Positions 23,301 through 25,706 of a DNA stretch of 25,706 nucleotides are shown in pieces (within the stretch, counting starts at the first letter, position 1; the number at the start of each line of letters is the position of its first letter). A program made the position numbers and the translations under genes. The notes under the pieces are model-generated. The model was not told the origin of the DNA. It ran no database searches and worked only from the letters and a program-made list of their open reading frames with translations. Source of the DNA: a virus (lineage: Duplodnaviria > Caudoviricetes); the IMG/VR virus record IMGVR_UViG_3300014656_000117, positions 1 to 25,706 of that record; one strand, written 5' to 3'.

Positions 23301-25706
23301 CACAGTAGACATGAACGGTGATGCCTTACCCCTGAGTAGATTCTGCACTAAATCCAGCGGGTCCGTTTTATATTCGGCACCAGTTACACTTGATATACCT
23401 GTACCTGTAATAGCTCTTGAAAAGAAGGTAAGGAACGGTCTGTAACCACCCCAGGGGTCTACTCTAGTATTCCCAAGACGGATTGACATATACTCTGCAC
23501 TATTTGGGTTCTTATCATCTACATCCCACCATCCAGCCGCAGCACCCATTAAGATAATTCCGCCAACAGTGCTTACAAATAATGAAGCGTTTTTCCAAGC
23601 TTCTTTTCTTACCCTTGGATTAGCGTTTACCAAATCCTTAACAGATAGTATTCTACCTATTGAAGCTCGTGGTGCAAAAAACAAAGCGCTTAACTCTGGC
23701 GCAGTCATAGCAAATTTACCAAGTGAACCCCTAGCCGTAAAGTTAGCGAGGCTCTTCGAGAAGTCAATCATCTCCTTCTGTATATTGAATGACTCCCCTA
23801 CCTTGAGTTTCTTTTGCCCTGAAGCATATTGCTCATTAAGTTTGAGCATAGCCTTATAGTAGTTTTTGAATATCATCCAGTTATGCTCATTAGTTCCAGT
23901 TTCAAAGGCTCTAGCCGAAATCTTAACCCAGGGCAACTTGGATGTAATCAATGGTAAAAGTCTGCCGGTACCCTTTGTATAACCAAATTCCTCAGTACCA
24001 GTATATTGCGCCATTCCTTTAGATAATACGGCAGGTCGAAGGAAATCACCACCCTCAGCAGCAGCAAACTCATATATCTGGTACAGTGGGTCCCCGATAA
24101 TACTATTCCACGAACTATCAGCCGCCCTTTGACTCCATGCTGCGTTCCATGCTCTTACATTAGCTTTAGCAAATGCTATTGGATGACTGACAATTAGAGG
24201 AGCTTGCTGTCTCCAGAATGAGAAGTCAAAGGATGCCTTATTTGCTCTAAGGAAGTTACCTATATCTATCGGCAACATCCCCAGTTCCTTGAGTACTCGA
24301 ACCACACTATCTCTAACAGGAGTAGGCCATAGTGGTAATTCTTTGAAAGCCTCATCAATCGGTGCATCGTAGTGGGTAGGTGGTATCGGTTCTCTAAATG
24401 CTGTAGGTTCATAAAGAATATCGCTTGATAAACCACGCAAATATTCAGCCATATTTGGGTCAACTGGTATCGGTTCTCTACCTATCTCATGGAATATGCC
24501 CTCGACAACATCTTCAAGTGTCTTGCCTTCTGAAGTTATCTTATCAAGGGCTTTCATAACTTGTGGCTGTTTACCGAAGACGCGCTGCAACCTAGTGAAA
24601 GCAGATCCACCTTTAACTCCTGGTTCTCGCGGTATCGGCTTGCCGAGCAGTGCGTTAGTCAAAGCTTCAGCAGTAGACATCATCTCAAAAGGTTCATCCT
24701 TGAGAGTTTGATAGACTTTATCGAATAAGGCCACCCGCATCTGATTTGTCAGGTCACTCAGGTAATCCGTTGTTGCAACGGGCAATTCACCGGCCATCGT
24801 CTCTCTTATTGCCTGATTCATTGCATCTTCAGCGTTAATACCTTCAGAGACGATGAGTTCCTGCGCTCTGGCTTTAAGGTTTTCAGCTCTCCCAGCCCGA
24901 GTTTCTCTGCGTAATTCTCTTGTCAGTTCCCAAGCATCAATGACAGAACCACTCTCTATATATTTACCAAAGAGGTCAAGAGTCCTAGCACTCTGAGCAG
25001 GAGTCAGCATCTTCTCGCCAGTTGGTGATACCGCAACCTCCGCAGGTGTTGGTTCTGGAATTGCAGCCAGTGGTTTCTCCGTGAAATGAGTTTTTACCTT
25101 TGCCTCTAGTTCCCTGATTCTAACTAGAGATTCGCCAGCCTTTTCAACGGCTTCTTTAAGTGCCTCATCACTTTTGTATCCCAATTCAGTAGCAAGTTCA
25201 TCTAGCGCATACTCCCATCTAACGTGCTTACCGTCTTTAGTGAGAATATTAGGCAGTATCTCCTGCTTGCCAGTAATATCTCTATACTGCTTTAAGGTTA
25301 AGTCCTTAATCTCCCCCTTATACCAACCTGTTTTCTTAACTAGATTGACTAACTTTGTGGCTGGTTCGGTTGCCATCCATTCCTTCAATCCTTCTATTTC
25401 AGCTTGTGCCTCATACGCTACTTTAAGCTCAGGTGGCGCTTCCTCAGCAGCCCGCCTTACCTGTTCTAATTTAAGTTGCTCCTCCATGCTTATCTGGACT
25501 ATTCTACCTTTACCCTTCGGCCTGACCTCTTTGGCAGCGACTTCCGGTATCATAGCAGGCTGTATACCCGCTTCAGGTTCGCCAACCTCAGCTTTGGGGA
25601 TTGCTGGAACTATATCCTTAAATTCAGGAAGGATTACACCACTTGCTACATATCTTCTATATTCATTATAAAGCTGTGGAGTATAACCAAACTTCTCTAT
25701 CTTATC
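20370..25706 (-). CDS. giant virion-associated protein (probable internal/ejection protein), 5' end outside the window
   Basis: frame stays open for 51 more codons from 25553 to the window edge (>1770 aa); helical, with a hydrophobic segment VGGIILMGAAAGWW and degenerate acidic/aromatic C-terminal repeats. Confidence 0.7.
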   Translation of the reverse strand, partial: DKIEKFGYTPQLYNEYRRYVASGVILPEFKDIVPAIPKAEVGEPEAGIQPAMIPEVAAKEVRPKGKGRIVQISMEEQLKLEQVRRAAEEAPPELKVAYEAQAEIEGLKEWMATEPATKLVNLVKKTGWYKGEIKDLTLKQYRDITGKQEILPNILTKDGKHVRWEYALDELATELGYKSDEALKEAVEKAGESLVRIRELEAKVKTHFTEKPLAAIPEPTPAEVAVSPTGEKMLTPAQSARTLDLFGKYIESGSVIDAWELTRELRRETRAGRAENLKARAQELIVSEGINAEDAMNQAIRETMAGELPVATTDYLSDLTNQMRVALFDKVYQTLKDEPFEMMSTAEALTNALLGKPIPREPGVKGGSAFTRLQRVFGKQPQVMKALDKITSEGKTLEDVVEGIFHEIGREPIPVDPNMAEYLRGLSSDILYEPTAFREPIPPTHYDAPIDEAFKELPLWPTPVRDSVVRVLKELGMLPIDIGNFLRANKASFDFSFWRQQAPLIVSHPIAFAKANVRAWNAAWSQRAADSSWNSIIGDPLYQIYEFAAAEGGDFLRPAVLSKGMAQYTGTEEFGYTKGTGRLLPLITSKLPWVKISARAFETGTNEHNWMIFKNYYKAMLKLNEQYASGQKKLKVGESFNIQKEMIDFSKSLANFTARGSLGKFAMTAPELSALFFAPRASIGRILSVKDLVNANPRVRKEAWKNASLFVSTVGGIILMGAAAGWWDVDDKNPNSAEYMSIRLGNTRVDPWGGYRPFLTFFSRAITGTGISSVTGAEYKTDPLDLVQNLLRGKASPFMSTVLEFVSGKNFIGEKVEWDNPRQWIERVAPFSIWDIHEAYIDDPTTAFQVALPAIVGAGVQTYTGDWKENVNKLGLSKYEDNQPRYDIEDLWADTASQFKGVDPETLTEKKGYDPKVKTMVEAKRILDQANEIPNQKLISINADPAKDDTFVQYREQWNDRENLVDAGDDAVWTSSELQTDGTYKIIEYKGDDAVKAYDKKFLQAEQGNMSQTDYVSLIEYYSLPVEERKQYLIDNPDINTNQRQDWYRNHPKENALVAMHGKADFLTMEAYTEGIRLLKELDYPKSSWPDNMPPENLAQTHFDYEKMVGEGTHGSVEARLLLLKDHLAAEEAEVESYATWHKLKISDESVEYLQMRVDNSELFGKLDEIRENEKLDDIIKDENGLTAKDRAYVEVRATKVGDETFHDIERRVDAMGKGTRVVPVDPEIVNAYVEHMQIVDETSGLSAEARLNRYDNPALDEYLMNEDYHGKQKAEPLDADREYLDNYLVPRWRIDVKYRTEDVEYDAIDPDAKNPKTGINLRTEWLQQPNNEQYRQDRLRRDALELSNSKTDYRLPSTMVEDYVTYSEYGVKGKRQERMLLEGYDPVAKAYSPFAQALYDTGKLADLPLPKDVPAVQFDDIYDQFPEQFDRIDGADKPEDFYFVENPIVTDPVTGEAVAYTDPITGRTPREQATYELRFSPDGKLTEFGTAEIKRKGYRFFVPEKYIDRFVEFDSLNAEKRQVDYPDDMTWYGDEWYLFDHPLFYKDIYVGLLELEDVNFDNVPNSKWRGLWEDNIELDFQYMGASDNKSEFYKADEDDRTKYREQLLTTNPKYRQDKHKRDGLLLKLPDNTLDDYVGYYEIPFTDKAKSIDPFFKDNPNETYYEDDWYLIEHPEFYKNMLALRDSAGEPVWNQKSKDKQLAKVPTRKVHALYKEYLDLIKGKPREDLRFDHRDLDAWLLLTGKVTVPISEKIRGGSLTPQERLAEDVKKMEERLKR

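Noticed and set aside
24381-24480. 16-bp direct repeat tggtatcggttctcta, 84 bp apart
   Set aside because: In-frame local duplication encoding REPIP inside the giant gene; only two copies, not CRISPR or an att site
175-25671. Most plus-strand ORFs in the track (e.g. 932..1264, 4455..4790, 22759..23121, 25174..25671) and nested minus-strand ORFs (4380..4568, 10064..10285, 19132..19377)
   Set aside because: Antisense or alternate-frame shadows of well-supported genes, with no RBS or recognisable motifs
1-25706. CRISPR array, tRNA, diversity-generating retroelement, integrase/att
   Set aside because: No regularly spaced repeats, cloverleaf, reverse transcriptase, TR/VR pair or recombinase recognised by eye

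Overview
Part of a tailed dsDNA phage or prophage genome (Caudoviricetes), standard genetic code, almost all genes on the minus strand. In transcription order (right to left): a giant, N-terminally truncated protein (>1770 aa, probably internal virion/ejection protein); a short AT-rich plus-strand island (HNH, zinc-ribbon microprotein, small ORFs); scaffold; P22-coat-like major capsid; virion accessory proteins (including LamG); head-tail adaptor; a 919-aa tail protein; a putative lysis cassette whose only enzyme is a MOA-type papain-like cysteine protease; and a terminator. An early region follows: Arc-like regulator, coiled-coil protein plus RecT/Bet-like annealase, a structured intergenic region, RHH protein, ASCH-like protein, zinc ribbon plus HNH, a replication initiator with internal repeats, and a DnaC-like loader. 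No terminase, portal, integrase, tape measure, tRNA or CRISPR array was seen. The most notable observations are the protease-only lysis cassette, two leaderless-promoter HNH/zinc-ribbon cassettes with scars of earlier gene swaps, and a candidate ~350-nt structured RNA sharing a 24-nt motif with a second intergenic region. All family calls come from motif recognition by eye; no database search was run. A peptidoglycan-less host such as Dehalococcoidia is inference only.
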